Assembly: GCA_028534125.1 (NCBI GenBank)
Contig: CM052817.1
Location: forward strand, 99,202,001 to 99,266,000
Source of the DNA: Lama glama
Taxonomy: Eukaryota
Length of the DNA stretch: 64,000 nucleotides
Direction: 5' to 3'
Positions 12,961 to 24,620 of the stretch are shown here, one piece after another. Within the stretch, counting starts at the first letter, position 1. Each line of letters starts with the position of its first letter. The notes beneath the pieces are model-generated. The model worked only from the letters and a program-made list of their open reading frames with translations. It ran no database searches and was not told the DNA's origin. The position numbers and the translations under genes are program-made.

Positions 12961-15856
12961 AAAACAGCGGCAACCTAATAAGCAACACAAGGGAACGTAA
13001 TGACTGCTACTTTTCTTTACACTTAGCTAGAATGTGATCAGAACACTTTCCTACTCTAAAAGAAATGTAGGATCTCACAGTAAAAGACTAAATCCCCCAA
13101 TTTTTCTTAGTCAGGTATGTAAACCTTCATTAATCCTATATTCTATCCCGTATTAGTTAACACCTTCATTCATTTAGCAATATTTTATTGATAACTTCCT
13201 TGTCCCAAGCCTATATTAGGTATTGAAATTATAATAACAATAAGATCCCATTATAAAGGAGTCAATATCTAAGGTTTGTTAACCTCAGTAGACACACAAA
13301 AAAAAATTTGAAACATTTTTAAATGGCTACAAATGACTCTCACAAGGTCTCCAAGAAGAATAACATAATCCAGAATTTAAAAACGTAATATCCATAACAA
13401 AGAGAAATACCAGTGGAATGTTAGCCTCTATTTCCCCTACATGACTGCTATAGGAGAAGTGATATCTGCAAACCACACAGACCCTTACGAAAGACACTTT
13501 CAAGTCAGAATTTGTAAATCTTCAAAACTTACATGTACATTTCATAGTTATGTTTGCATAAATTTTTCAAGGTCAGATTCTCAACAGTCCACAGCCAAAT
13601 AAAAATGTAAGAACTACTGACTCAAAATATATAACATTTTACATAATGTAATTGCACTTTTAGCTAAATAGGTTAAATATATATTATGTGTAAAATGTAT
13701 ATTCATACAATTATACACAAAGTGTATATTTGTAATAAAAAGTCTGAAAAGCTATGTGCCAAACCATTATCTTGAGAGATACGAAACATGTCCTCTTTTT
13801 ACTTTGTACCATTCTTTATTGCTATATTTTTTCTTCCTTCCTTTTTCCTACAGTATTCTTCAAATTAATTTTTTTTAATTTAAAAAAAGCCACTGATCCA
13901 AAAAAATTTTTTTCTTAACACAGGGTTTCCCAGGATAACCTTCTAATCCCAGGATATATCTGAATTCTACGTTTAAAAGACACTTATTTTTGTTTTTATT
14001 TCCATAATAATCTAAACAAATCAATAAAAATAGATTTGAGATTATCTGAATGGTAGAGATGTAGAAGCATTTCAAATGTTCATAGTTCATACAACTATAA
14101 TCAAATTAATCACAAATTAAGTTCAAGTGTCAGCATAAAAATCAATGTATTTATACTATTTATGATTGCTTAAAGTGAAAGAGTATAACTTGCAATGAGT
14201 TGATAACCATTAGGCTGGATTATCATTACGTTAAAATGCCATCAGTCAATCCATGAATGTCTACAATATAAAAAAAAAGCACACTATCGACTCTACTGCT
14301 CCACTTAAACATGACAAAATTGGATTGATTTTTCATCAAAAACAAAAAACAAAACACAACTAAATGAGTATTCACTTACATGTGGAATCGAAAAACAAAA
14401 AATGTTGAACTCATGCAAGAATGGTAAAATAACAAATATAACATTAGTGAACAGAAATGGCAGTCCACAATAAAATAATTATTATTACTCAATAATAATA
14501 ATTGAATAAGCCAATTCAATTAGATAAGAAAAAGCAATTTGAAGAATAAAAGTTGGAAATAAGAAGGAAAAACTATCAATATCCAAGCACAAAATGATTA
14601 TACACCTGAAAAGCCTAAGAGTATCAAACAAAAACAGTTTTTTGAATCAGACAAGCTGAATCTTACATTATTAGTAAACAATTCTGAAAAATACTGTAAG
14701 TCAATGAGGGAAGGAAGAGCATAGCCCTATTGCTATTAAAACACATTATAAAGCCTCAATAATTTTTAAAAAATTGACACCAATACATCAAATCACAGAG
14801 ACTTACAGGGAAATATAGTAATATTAAAAAATAGACCTCAAAACATAGAAGCATTTAGTACAGGATAACAAGGGCATCTCAGAGCAGAGGAGGAAATTTG
14901 GACCATGTGGTAGTTGGTATAGGGAAAACTAGATCGTCATATAAAATAAAGTTAGATTCATATGACAGTTTATCCTAAGATAAAGTACAAATAAGTGAAG
15001 TAAGAAATACTAGGAGAAACTCCTTTATAATTTATGCATTTGGAAGACCTTTCTAACTACCAACTCAAGAACTAGAAGTCATAAAAGAAAACATTCATAA
15101 ATTAAACAAAAAAACATTTTGTAAAAAATTTCTCCAGGATACCAATAATTTGACCATCTGTAAGTCAACAAACTGGCATAAATATTTATAACATATCTCA
15201 GAGAGTTAATTCCTTAATATACAGAGATCTTCTACAATCAGTAAGAAAAACATCCAGAAGAACAGGTAAAGGATATTTTCTCAAAAAGGGAAATAAAAAA
15301 GGCCCAAGGATAATTAACCTCACTCATAAAAAAGAGAAATACAAGTTAAAACTACACTGAGAAATACAAATGAAAACTACATACTACCACACATTATCTA
15401 TGAGAATAACACAAGTCTAAAAGTTTGACAACACACTCTATGAGGAAACACTCATACACTGCTGATGGGCATGTAAGGGATCTCCAAAAAATAAAATGAA
15501 GTTTAAAAAACAAAATATAGGACATTACAGACGTGTTAGCATTTGTATAAAGAATGGAGGATAAGAATACATATTCCTATTTATATATGTGTACATAAAC
15601 AAACCTTGACAGGATTCACAAGAAACTAACCATGGCTTCCTATAAAAGTGGAGGTGGGAGGCATCCTAGAAGAGATTAGAGATTTTTCACTCCATGAGTC
15701 CTCAGAATATTTAAATTTTTAATTATCAAGAGAAGACATTGAATATTTTTAAATTTTAAATGTAAAAAATATTTAATGTCTTTTATATAGAAGTTTTACA
15801 TGATGCTGACATAATATAAAATTATTAAAGAACATAAAAGTAAAAAGTATCAATGA

Positions 15857-16025
15857 GGGGGGAGAGTACAGCTCAGTGGTACAGTGCATGCTTAGCATGC
15901 ACAAGGTCCTAGGTTCAATCCCCAGTACCTCCATTAAATAAATGAATGAATGAACAAACCAAATTACTTCTTCCTCATAAAAAACAAACAAAAAAATTTT
16001 TTAAAACCAAAAACAATAACAAAAG
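15857..16025 (+). mobile_element. Camelid tRNA-Ala-derived SINE (Vic-1-like)
   Basis: Head gggggagagtacagctcagtggtacagtgcatgcttagcatgcacaaggtcctaggttcaatcccc. 12-bp TSD aagtatcaatga at 15845-15856 and 16026-16037. Confidence 0.92.
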
Positions 16026-16939
16026 AAGTATCAATGAAGTACTCTTGTGAAGACCTATATTTTTGGTGAAGAACTAAGAAATGGAGATAGAAATAAACTA
16101 GAAGGAGAACCATGAGAAGTAAAAACTAGCAAGAAAAGCACCTGGCAACAAAGTCAAGCAAACAAAGAATTTCAAAAGGAAGGGTTGATCATCAATGTCA
16201 AAGATGCACAGATCAAAGAACATGAGGAATAAAAAAGAGCCTAAGGATTGTGTAATTAGACCATTAATAATAATATTCAAGAGAACATTTTTAATATTTT
16301 GTTCCAGGATTGGAGATGAAAAGGAAAGGAGAGTAGCCAGGCTGCAAGACACCGTCACACAGTAGCACACCAAACAGTCAAAGGGAGTGAGAAAGTGAAG
16401 GCACCATTCTAGCAGAAAGTCTGGGAGAATGACAAAGCAAAGTGAAAATGGAAGCTTGAGAACTCTAACAGCATTTACACAAGGTTGCCAAGCCTCAGTA
16501 TATGATAATTAGACAGATATCAATTATATCAACACTGAGAAGCCACAACATACTTCCAGAAAGGCCATTTGAGAGGAAGGGAAAATAAATCCCAACATAT
16601 TAAATAATAAACTCATACAAAATAATATGTACTTTGTTAAAGAAAACCACAGAGGGTGGTCAATGATTACAAAGATCAATGACATCAAGTAAAACTAAGA
16701 GCTCTCAATCAAAGCTCCTCTTAATAGTAAGCTACCTATTTCATACTTAATGAAGGGCTGGAACTGAACATTCATGGTGTTCTGGAAACAGGTATCAAGG
16801 AAGATCTCACACGTAACATAGGTGCATCATATAAGGATCTTTTTCACATTAAGAATCCTATTAGAAAGAAAACACTAAAAGGTAATTGAATTTCCCTCAG
16901 TTATCTTCATCTCTGTCAGCTCCTGCTACAATAACTTAC

Positions 16940-17053
16940 TCTCCAGAGCAGAGATAACTCAATTCTGTCCAGCAAGCATATGTTATGAATCTCCAAAGCA
17001 AACTTGTCTAAATCATTCTGGCCTTCTATCAAGGTTGGCTGCGGATATGAACT
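16940..17053 (-). other. Candidate 114-nt exon, one open frame (SSYPQPTLIEGQNDLDKFALEIHNICLLDRIELSLLWR)
   Basis: Minus strand acceptor tttgtttgctttctgtcag and donor AGA|gtaagt, in unique sequence. Peptide not recognised. Confidence 0.45.
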
Positions 17054-18299
17054 CTGACAGAAAGCAAACAAATTTATTTTTATCTTTTCAATAATTCACT
17101 TCTTCATGCTTTGATGGGAGAAATCATGAGACAAATATATGGTCTGCAGTTATGTTATAAAGTCAGCTGAAATGGTTTCCATGACTTAAATAAAAAAGAC
17201 TTAATCATTCTTAAACATACAAAAAAAATAGTACTGATATACAGAATTGGTAAATTACCTTAAATTTCAACTTGTATTTATAGTTATCTCTAATATTTGA
17301 AGTTCAAGTAAAAAATACTATTAATCAGATGCTACTTATAGCTCACAAGTAACATTTCAACAATTTCATCCTTAAATAGCTTTTAGAAAAGCATATTTTA
17401 GAAAAAAAATACTAAAAAACTCATTTTCAAAACAAAAAAGCATCAACAAAGTAACTTATTTAAGTTCTTACAAGGAAATGCATTTCCTATCTATATTCTA
17501 AACCAGTATTTTATAACAGAAATGAAAAAAAAAAACTCTAAAAATGAAGGGCAATAGTGTCAGAAATCCTGTAAGTTTGGTTTCTTAATTTAAGTTGGAA
17601 TCTACATAACACAAGATTATTCAGAATATACACTAATGCAAAATCAAATAGTGAATAAACTATTTTACCATATTATAAATTTATACAAAATTACCTTATA
17701 TAAAATAAAAATATATAGTATTTACACATAATATTAATATAAAAACATAAAATATAAAAATTCACTTTCCACAATTAACACCTTTGATTAAGGTTTCCCT
17801 ACATCCATTTTATAGAAGGAAAACTAAGATTCAGAGAGCTTCAGTGAATTCTCCCCAATACCTTCCAACTAACAAGTTGTAGAGCACAGAATCATGATTT
17901 CTAACCCCATGTTTCTATCATAACACTGTTAAAACAGTTTCAAATTTACGTTACCTTTAAACACCAGAGAGAAGCTCAAAGAATATGGCCAACAATGCTC
18001 CTTGTAATTTTTTAATATAAACGGTGCTAACCTGTATTTTATAGTTCAACCTCCCTATTCCTTAATTTCAAGGACAATGAGATCTTTTTGGATTGAGGAA
18101 CTCAAAGCTGTAATTTGAAAGACACCAATCATGGTAATTGGAGACACTATTACAACCTATCACTCTTGTTGGTAATAGGTAGAAAACAGTTATGCCATGG
18201 CCTTTCTCACCAAATTGAATCCTTGGTTTCTTTAGAGAACCACCATTCTCAATTTTAAGTAGAAAAAAAAAAGAAAAAGAAACCAAATGGGTAGGCTTT

Positions 18300-18860
18300 A
18301 ATCAGCATTCATTTATTGACCAATTATTCACTGAGAATCTACTATGCGTAAGGCGAAATGCCAGGCACTAGGGATATGTGATGGACAGAGTTCCTGACTT
18401 CGCGCAGTACACAGAAGAGCAGGAAACAAAATAACATACAAGTACATATAATTACAAACCAGTAGTAAGTGGTAAGAGAGGTTATAGCAGGAAGGTGTGA
18501 TTTAATATTTACATTGGATGGGGACTGCTGGGGCTAGAGGATGATAGCAAAGCAGGCTTTTGTGTAAAAGTGACACCTACAGGTGAATCTGCAAGAGGAG
18601 TGAAGTCAGGGTAAATGAAAGAGTATTTTAACTGAAGAATAAGGTAAAAAAGAGCACAGTACTTGATGTGAGGTGGGAATGCTAAGTAGGGGCCACATTA
18701 TATATAATGGGTCTTGTGGATCATAGTAACGATAGTAGGTTTACTCTCCAGTACAACAAGAAAATACTGGATGGTTTTCTACATGATCAGCATAAACATT
18801 TTGAAACTAGTGTTTCAGGATGACTATGCTGGCTATTTTGTGGAAAATGAAGGGAACATC
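18300..18860 (-). mobile_element. L2 LINE 3' fragment
   Basis: 'cattcatttattga...ctgagaatctactatgcgtaaggc...ccaggcactagggatat' is the typical reverse-complemented L2 3' end. Confidence 0.65.
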
Positions 18861-19408
18861 AGTGCGAGATAAAAAAAAAAGACTTATCAACCAACTATTT
18901 ACTAACAACTGTTGCCTCAAGACTGTTGCCTTCCTTTCCCTAAATCCTGAACTATTATATGACAAAGTTTACACACCTCCAATCAGATCCCCGCATGGAA
19001 AAACCTACTAAAAACCAAGTGAGCTAATACCTCAGAACTATAAATATCTACCTCAAGCTCCTCCTCCTGAGATACTTGTGAGATTCTGTCAAGACAGCAG
19101 TCTCACTGACTGTGGTACATAATAAACTTAGCTTTGCTACATCTGATGGGTTCAGAACAGTAGCAGGCAGCAGTAGTATTGCAGCCATAAATGATAACGG
19201 ATTAGTAAAACCACAAAAATTATGCAGTTTAAAACACAAAGAAAATTATTCAAAGACAAATGGAGTATTCGTAAGAATGAATATTGAATTAAAAAGCCAA
19301 CAAAAGCAGATGTGCAGTATTTCACACAAAAACCACAGTAACAGACTTATTATAAAGTAGCACATCATGTTACCAAAACATAATTAGATATTTTTTTATT
19401 TGTATATA

Positions 19409-19746
19409 TCATTGACACTTGAACAACACGAGAATTAGGGGCACCAACTCTGTGCAGCCAAAAATCCATTAATCCAAAATCCAAAAATACAGTTGTCCCT
19501 CATTACCCGCAGGGAACTGGTTCCAGGACCTGTCCTGAATACCAAAATCTGCAGATACACAGGTCCCATAGATAGTCAACCCTTCTTGTCCGTGGTTCTG
19601 CATGCATAGATTCAACCAAACTCAGATTGGTTTATTTATTGAAAAAAATAATATATAAATAAATGTAAATGCTGTATTTATTGAAAAAAAATCCCCATGT
19701 AAGTGGACCCACAGTTAAAACCTGTGTTGTTCAAAGGTCAACTGTA
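19409..19746. mobile_element. Tigger2/MER8-type MITE nested in Charlie1
   Basis: Terminal inverted repeats 'cattgacacttgaacaacac' and 'gtgttgttcaaaggtcaactg', with TA-type flanks. Confidence 0.8.
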
Positions 19747-20541
19747 TGTATGTGAATACACATATAATTGCCAAGACATTAGTGAAATGCTACATTAATG
19801 ACATTTCTAGGAAATACTGGCAAATTGTAGCTAAGAAGGTAGCTCAGGTACCACTTTCCAATGAGACCAGAGCTTAATATATTCAAAAACTAGCTAATGA
19901 AGATCTACTATTAGAACAAAACAACCAGCTAAGTGTTTTTCAACACAACTTGAACATTGCATACATTTTGCTAACATGAAAAATTTTTTTAGAATAAGTG
20001 CAATTTGAACATGATAATAACAAGGGAAAAAATTTTTTCTGTTTCACTAATGACAAACATAACAAGCTCTGAACACTATAAAACTATGAATAATTACATT
20101 ATCATCAAATATTTATCTTTTGTTTAGGAAATATTCTGATAGCCCAGGTACAACACTTGAGAAAATATTCTGGGGTAATCAAATATTTAAGAGGTTGGGC
20201 CAGCTTCCTTCATCTAGACAGTCTTGCTACTATAAAAAAGGTCACATAAACTACAGTGTAGTTAGTGATGAAATAAAAAATGAGAATTACATTAAGTTTA
20301 ACATTAATTTCAAGAATTTCTTCATTATTATGTGGTAACATAGAAGGTGACATTAAATAACTGTTACTGATTGTATGCATACATATGACAGTTCAAAGCA
20401 TGTCCCTTGCAAGAATGTCTGAACCACAACTTTTAAAGATGTCAATTCAATAGTCATATGTGTCTGTTATCTTCAGTATTTTAATTACCTTAACATAACA
20501 TATTGCATGTTATTCAATGTTAGATAAGACTGAAAAGTTAT

Positions 20542-21096
20542 TGAGAGTACAAAACTAACAAAATGGCTTTCCTGATGCTAAAGCTGTTTGCTGATTCATT
20601 CTCACTTAAAATTCTCACTTGTTTTTCCCTTTCTCTGACAAACCCCCACCTCTGCTTCACTTGCTCAACTGCTTTTGAGCTAAATAGTCCCCATCTTTCC
20701 TACTATACTCTCCATTCCCTAAACATTCTTTACCATAATAGCTTGTCCTTTAACCCAGAAGCTGTATTCCAGGAAGATGGTCATGGGCTGATAGCCTCAG
20801 TAGAATGAACAGACCCTCTGTAGCGTCTCTGTGGTGCCAGGTGGGTTCAAGATCAAGGAGACTACAGCACCCTGGAAAACACCCTGACTGTCATCGCCTT
20901 TCTGTTTCATCTGATTTTTCTGTAAAACCTCAGGACCCTGACCCCAAGAAGGACTCACGGTCTCTGGGGCACCAGCCTGCTGTGATGCCCCTTTCCCTGG
21001 CAAAGCAATAAAGCTGTTCTCTTCTAATTCCCAAAACTCTGCCTCTGAGTCTCAATTCAGCTATCAAGGTACAGAGGCCGGTTTTTTCCAGCAACA
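20542..21096 (+). mobile_element. ERV1-class solo LTR
   Basis: TG...CA termini, 4-bp TSD ttat (20538-20541 and 21097-21100), AATAAA at about 21007. Homologous to the LTR at 29288-29753. Confidence 0.85.
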
Positions 21097-21157
21097 TTAT
21101 AAGCTTAGCAAAGTAGAGCTTATACAGATTTTTATGACTTATTCCATAATTTAACAG

Positions 21158-22032
21158 TACAGTCAGCCTTCCATATCTATGGGTTCTGCATCCACAGATT
21201 CAACCAACTACAAGTCAAAAATATTCCAAATGAAAATCCAGAAAGTTCCAAAAACCAAAATTTGAATTTGCCATGTGCCAGCAACTACTTGCCTATCATT
21301 TACATTGTATTTACAACTGTTTACATAGTATTTACATTTTAGTAGGTAATTATAAGTGATCAAGAGAGTAGAGTATTACTCAGCCATAAAAAATGAAAAT
21401 TTGCCATTTGCAACAATGTAGATGGACTTGGAAGATATTAAGCTAAGTGAAATAAGTCAAACAGAGAAAGACAATACTATATGATATCATTTACATGTGA
21501 AATCTAAAAAATAAAACTAGTGAATATAACAAAAAAGAAACAAACTCACAGATACAGAGAATAAACTAGTGGGTACCAGTGGGAGAGGGTAGAAAGGAAG
21601 AAGAGCAAGACAGGGATAGGGGATTAAGAGGCACAAAAATTATGTATAAAATAAATAAGCTACAAGGGTATATAGTACAACAGGGAATATAGCCAATATT
21701 TTATAATAATAATAAATGGGATATAACCTTTAAAATTGTGAATCACTATGTTGTACACCTAAAAGTTATATAATATTGTACATTAACTATATCTCAAGAA
21801 AGAAAGAGGGAAGGAAGGGGAGAATACAGAGGGGGAGGAAGGGAGGGAGGAAGAAAGGAAGGAAGGAAAAAAGGAAAGAAAGATGAATGAGTGAATGAGT
21901 GAACATGGGAGGGTGTGCTTAGGTTTATGTAAATACTACATCATTTTATATAAGGAACTGAACATCCTTGGATTTTGGTATCCAAGGGGCTGTCCTGGAA
22001 CCAATCCCCTGAGGATATCAAAGGACAGCTAT
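21158..22032. mobile_element. MER2-like Tigger MITE split by an L1 insertion
   Basis: Left half 'tacagtcagccttccatatctatgggttctgcatccacagattcaaccaac' and right half 'ggattttggtatccaaggggctgtcctggaaccaatcccctgaggatatcaaaggacagcta'. Confidence 0.8.
21368..21900 (+). mobile_element. L1 3' end with GA-rich degenerate tail
   Basis: 'tattactcagccataaaaaatgaaaatttgccatttgcaacaa...ctaagtgaaataagtcaaacagagaaagacaa' and 3'UTR, then GGAA-rich low-complexity sequence. Confidence 0.85.
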
Positions 22033-22792
22033 AATCAACAAGGTAATAATGATCTTCAAATTGCTCATGTGTGAGAAGTTATCACCAGACACCTGGTGAA
22101 ATATGCAACAGAATGTTTTGAAAATTTTTCCATAAAAAGATCTAAGCTTAGAATATTCAAGGCTGTAAAATCCATTTCTCTCATCAAAAGATAATTTAAA
22201 CTGAACTATAAATTTATAGAGCAAATGAGTGGAACTGGTCATGATGGAGAAATGGAAATAAAAGTTTGAAAACAGAGCATCTCTTGCTTCACTTTGGATA
22301 AAAGCTGAAAACGAGTGTCTTGAGCAGCTGAGACTGCTTAAAAAATCACTGCTTCCAGTCTCATCAACATAACTATTAATGTTATTACAGATACCATTAA
22401 CAATACTAAAAGAGTGAAACAATTCCGTTACCCTCTGAAGTACTGTAATGCTCTACTAATCCAAAGTAGATTTTAAGTTAGGTTTTTTAAAAAGCAAACT
22501 CATTTGCCACATTAAGAACTAAATATTAAAAAATCAAACTTATAAAAGCCTTGCATATTATAATAAACGGTGTTTGTTCAAACTGTGCATTAGACATTTA
22601 ATACAAAGAACTGCTATTTCATCCATAACTTTCGGTTTAGTTACAACTCTGGAACAAGAAAGTCATGTAGAACTGAAATTCTTCGTATCCGTTGCACTCT
22701 TTCAGTGACCCTATGTAACTTTTGTAATTCTTTTCTTTCTTCTTAGGTTATGTTTGTTCTATTTATTGAAAAGCACTCTTACCCACTGACTT

Positions 22793-22999
22793 CTTTTCTT
22801 TTCTTTTCTTTTCTTTTTTTTTTGAGTTCAAGGAAACTGATTCAGAGAGAAGTACACTCCACAGACAGAGTGCAGGCCTTCTCAGAAGGCAAGAGAAAGG
22901 CCACGAGGTGTGGGTTTGGGTGCTTGCTTAGTTTAAAGTTAAAGTAGATACACACTCCATAGACTGTCTCCGAAGGTAAGGGATTGAGAGGGCCCCCTG
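22793..22999 (-). mobile_element. Polyadenylated retrocopy of a MER41-like LTR R region (SINE-like)
   Basis: Perfect 10-bp TSD ccactgactt (22783-22792 and 23000-23009). T/TTTTC tail on the + strand. The minus-strand body aligns by eye to about 43170-43325 of the solo LTR in this window. Confidence 0.8.
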
Positions 23000-24479
23000 C
23001 CACTGACTTAAATAGCAAAAAACTAGCTATGTTATAATTTAATTTTTATTTTTTCTATAATACATTTTTATTTTATTTTAGAAAAGTTACGTATCTATGA
23101 TAAAATTTGAACTTCAAAAAATCTGGTCTTTCATCACTGAAAAGCACTAGTTTAGATTATTATATAATTAAAAACTCATTTTACTCCTAATCATATAAAT
23201 TATATTTTTATCAATTAGGAACTCATAGTTTAAAAAGCCTGCTTAGTCAGCAAAGTAAATGGTTTTTAAAAAAAAATAAATAAAAAGCCCATAATTTACC
23301 ATATTACCAACCAACTCCTATTCCTGGTAAGATATAGCTCTTATTGTACACAGATACCTAAAATACTGAAAATGTCTCAGTCTTCTCTCAAAAACAACCC
23401 CTCCAAGTATATTTTAGGGGCTTCTTGGGAAGTAGTTTTTTTAAAAATTAATGCAACTTAATTTGGCGGTTGTACGTGATTTTAGAGTTTATATGGCTGT
23501 CCCCTAAGTAGACAGAGCTGCTTCTCCTCACCTAAATTATGATACTTAAAGACAATTACATGGATAACTAACATTTCTGGTAAATACTGTTGAAAGTATA
23601 CCCCCATAAAATATCCAGAAAAGTGACTAAAATACAGAGAAAAAATTTGTTTTTCTAAATGCAGAGATGACTTGAAACAAAGTAAAGAAAACCCTCAGTT
23701 TAAAAAATCAAATGAAGATTCCAAAATCAAAGAAGTAAGCATAATCAGGTGCTATCACTGCCTTAGCTAAGAATTTGAGCAAGTGCATCTATGTGCATGC
23801 ATGCTGGGAGAGGGGTTCTCATTAAAGACCAAGAGGCGTTTGTTTAATGACCACATGACAATAGAAGACTTGGGTCAGTGCAAGGCATAGAGTTTAAACT
23901 TAGACATCTTCATAAAGCCAAGTACCTTTTAAAGCTATACTCTCAGTGAAAGGAAATGTATCAACCAGCTAATCATGGACTTGTCAATACACTGGCTTGT
24001 AGTCCAAACTGAGAAATTGGTGTTAAAGCAGTACTGGCTGGTAATATGCCCAGAACACAAGGCAGAAGCAAATATGAAAGCCCTCTGAAGAGACACACTT
24101 TCAGACAAGATATAAAGCCTTCTCACTGATAAAGCTATACTGAAGAAAAACCATATTCACAAACCACAATGCATTTTACAATTATGCAATGAACTATAGT
24201 CAAAAGATATAATGAACAGCGAGGTTAGATGCCCCCTCTCCCAATGTTCTATCATTAAATAAACTATAAATCAGTATGCTTCAAATTATTAAAACATAAA
24301 AGAATTATATACATGATAAAGATTAAGATTATTTTTAAATAAGAAAAATGGAAAAGAATAAAATAATATTTCTAAAAATGAAAAGGATATTCACTGAAAT
24401 TTAAAAAATCAGGAATGAATTAAACAGAGGAATTTGTAAAATGGAAGATAGGTCTGAGAAAATGAATACAAAAATTATT

Positions 24480-24620
24480 TATAATTTAACAGTTTTTTCA
24501 CTAAGTCTCTGAAAATGATGTGTATTTTACATCTGCAGCACATTTCAAGCCAAATTAGCCAAATTTCAAGAGTTTAATTGCTACAAAGAGCTAGTGCCTA
24601 CCATATCAGATAATACAGAC
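24480..24620. mobile_element. MER33/MER3-like hAT fragment
   Basis: 'gtgtattttacatctgcagcacatttcaa...tagccaaatttcaagagtttaat...gctagtgcctaccatatcaga'. Confidence 0.65.

Larger units (their letters stand above)
19010..23149 (+). mobile_element. Charlie1-like hAT transposon relic (degenerate transposase), broken by nested insertions
   Basis: Collinear degenerate transposase segments: ELKSQQKQM (about 19285), AKKVAQVPLSN (about 19830), a SRLFSLLC-like stretch (about 20310) and ASLASLWIKAENE (about 22277). Charlie-type 3' terminus 'ggtctttcatcactgaaaagcacta'. Confidence 0.75.

Noticed and set aside
15857..15935. tRNA-Ala-like sequences (also at about 2120, 47412, 48141 and 52160) as tRNA genes
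   Set aside because: A-rich tails, TSDs and stem mismatches identify them as SINE heads.
19048..19239. Minus-strand ORF with a hydrophobic, signal-peptide-like stretch
   Set aside because: It lies at the start of the Charlie1 relic, antisense to the transposase remnants.
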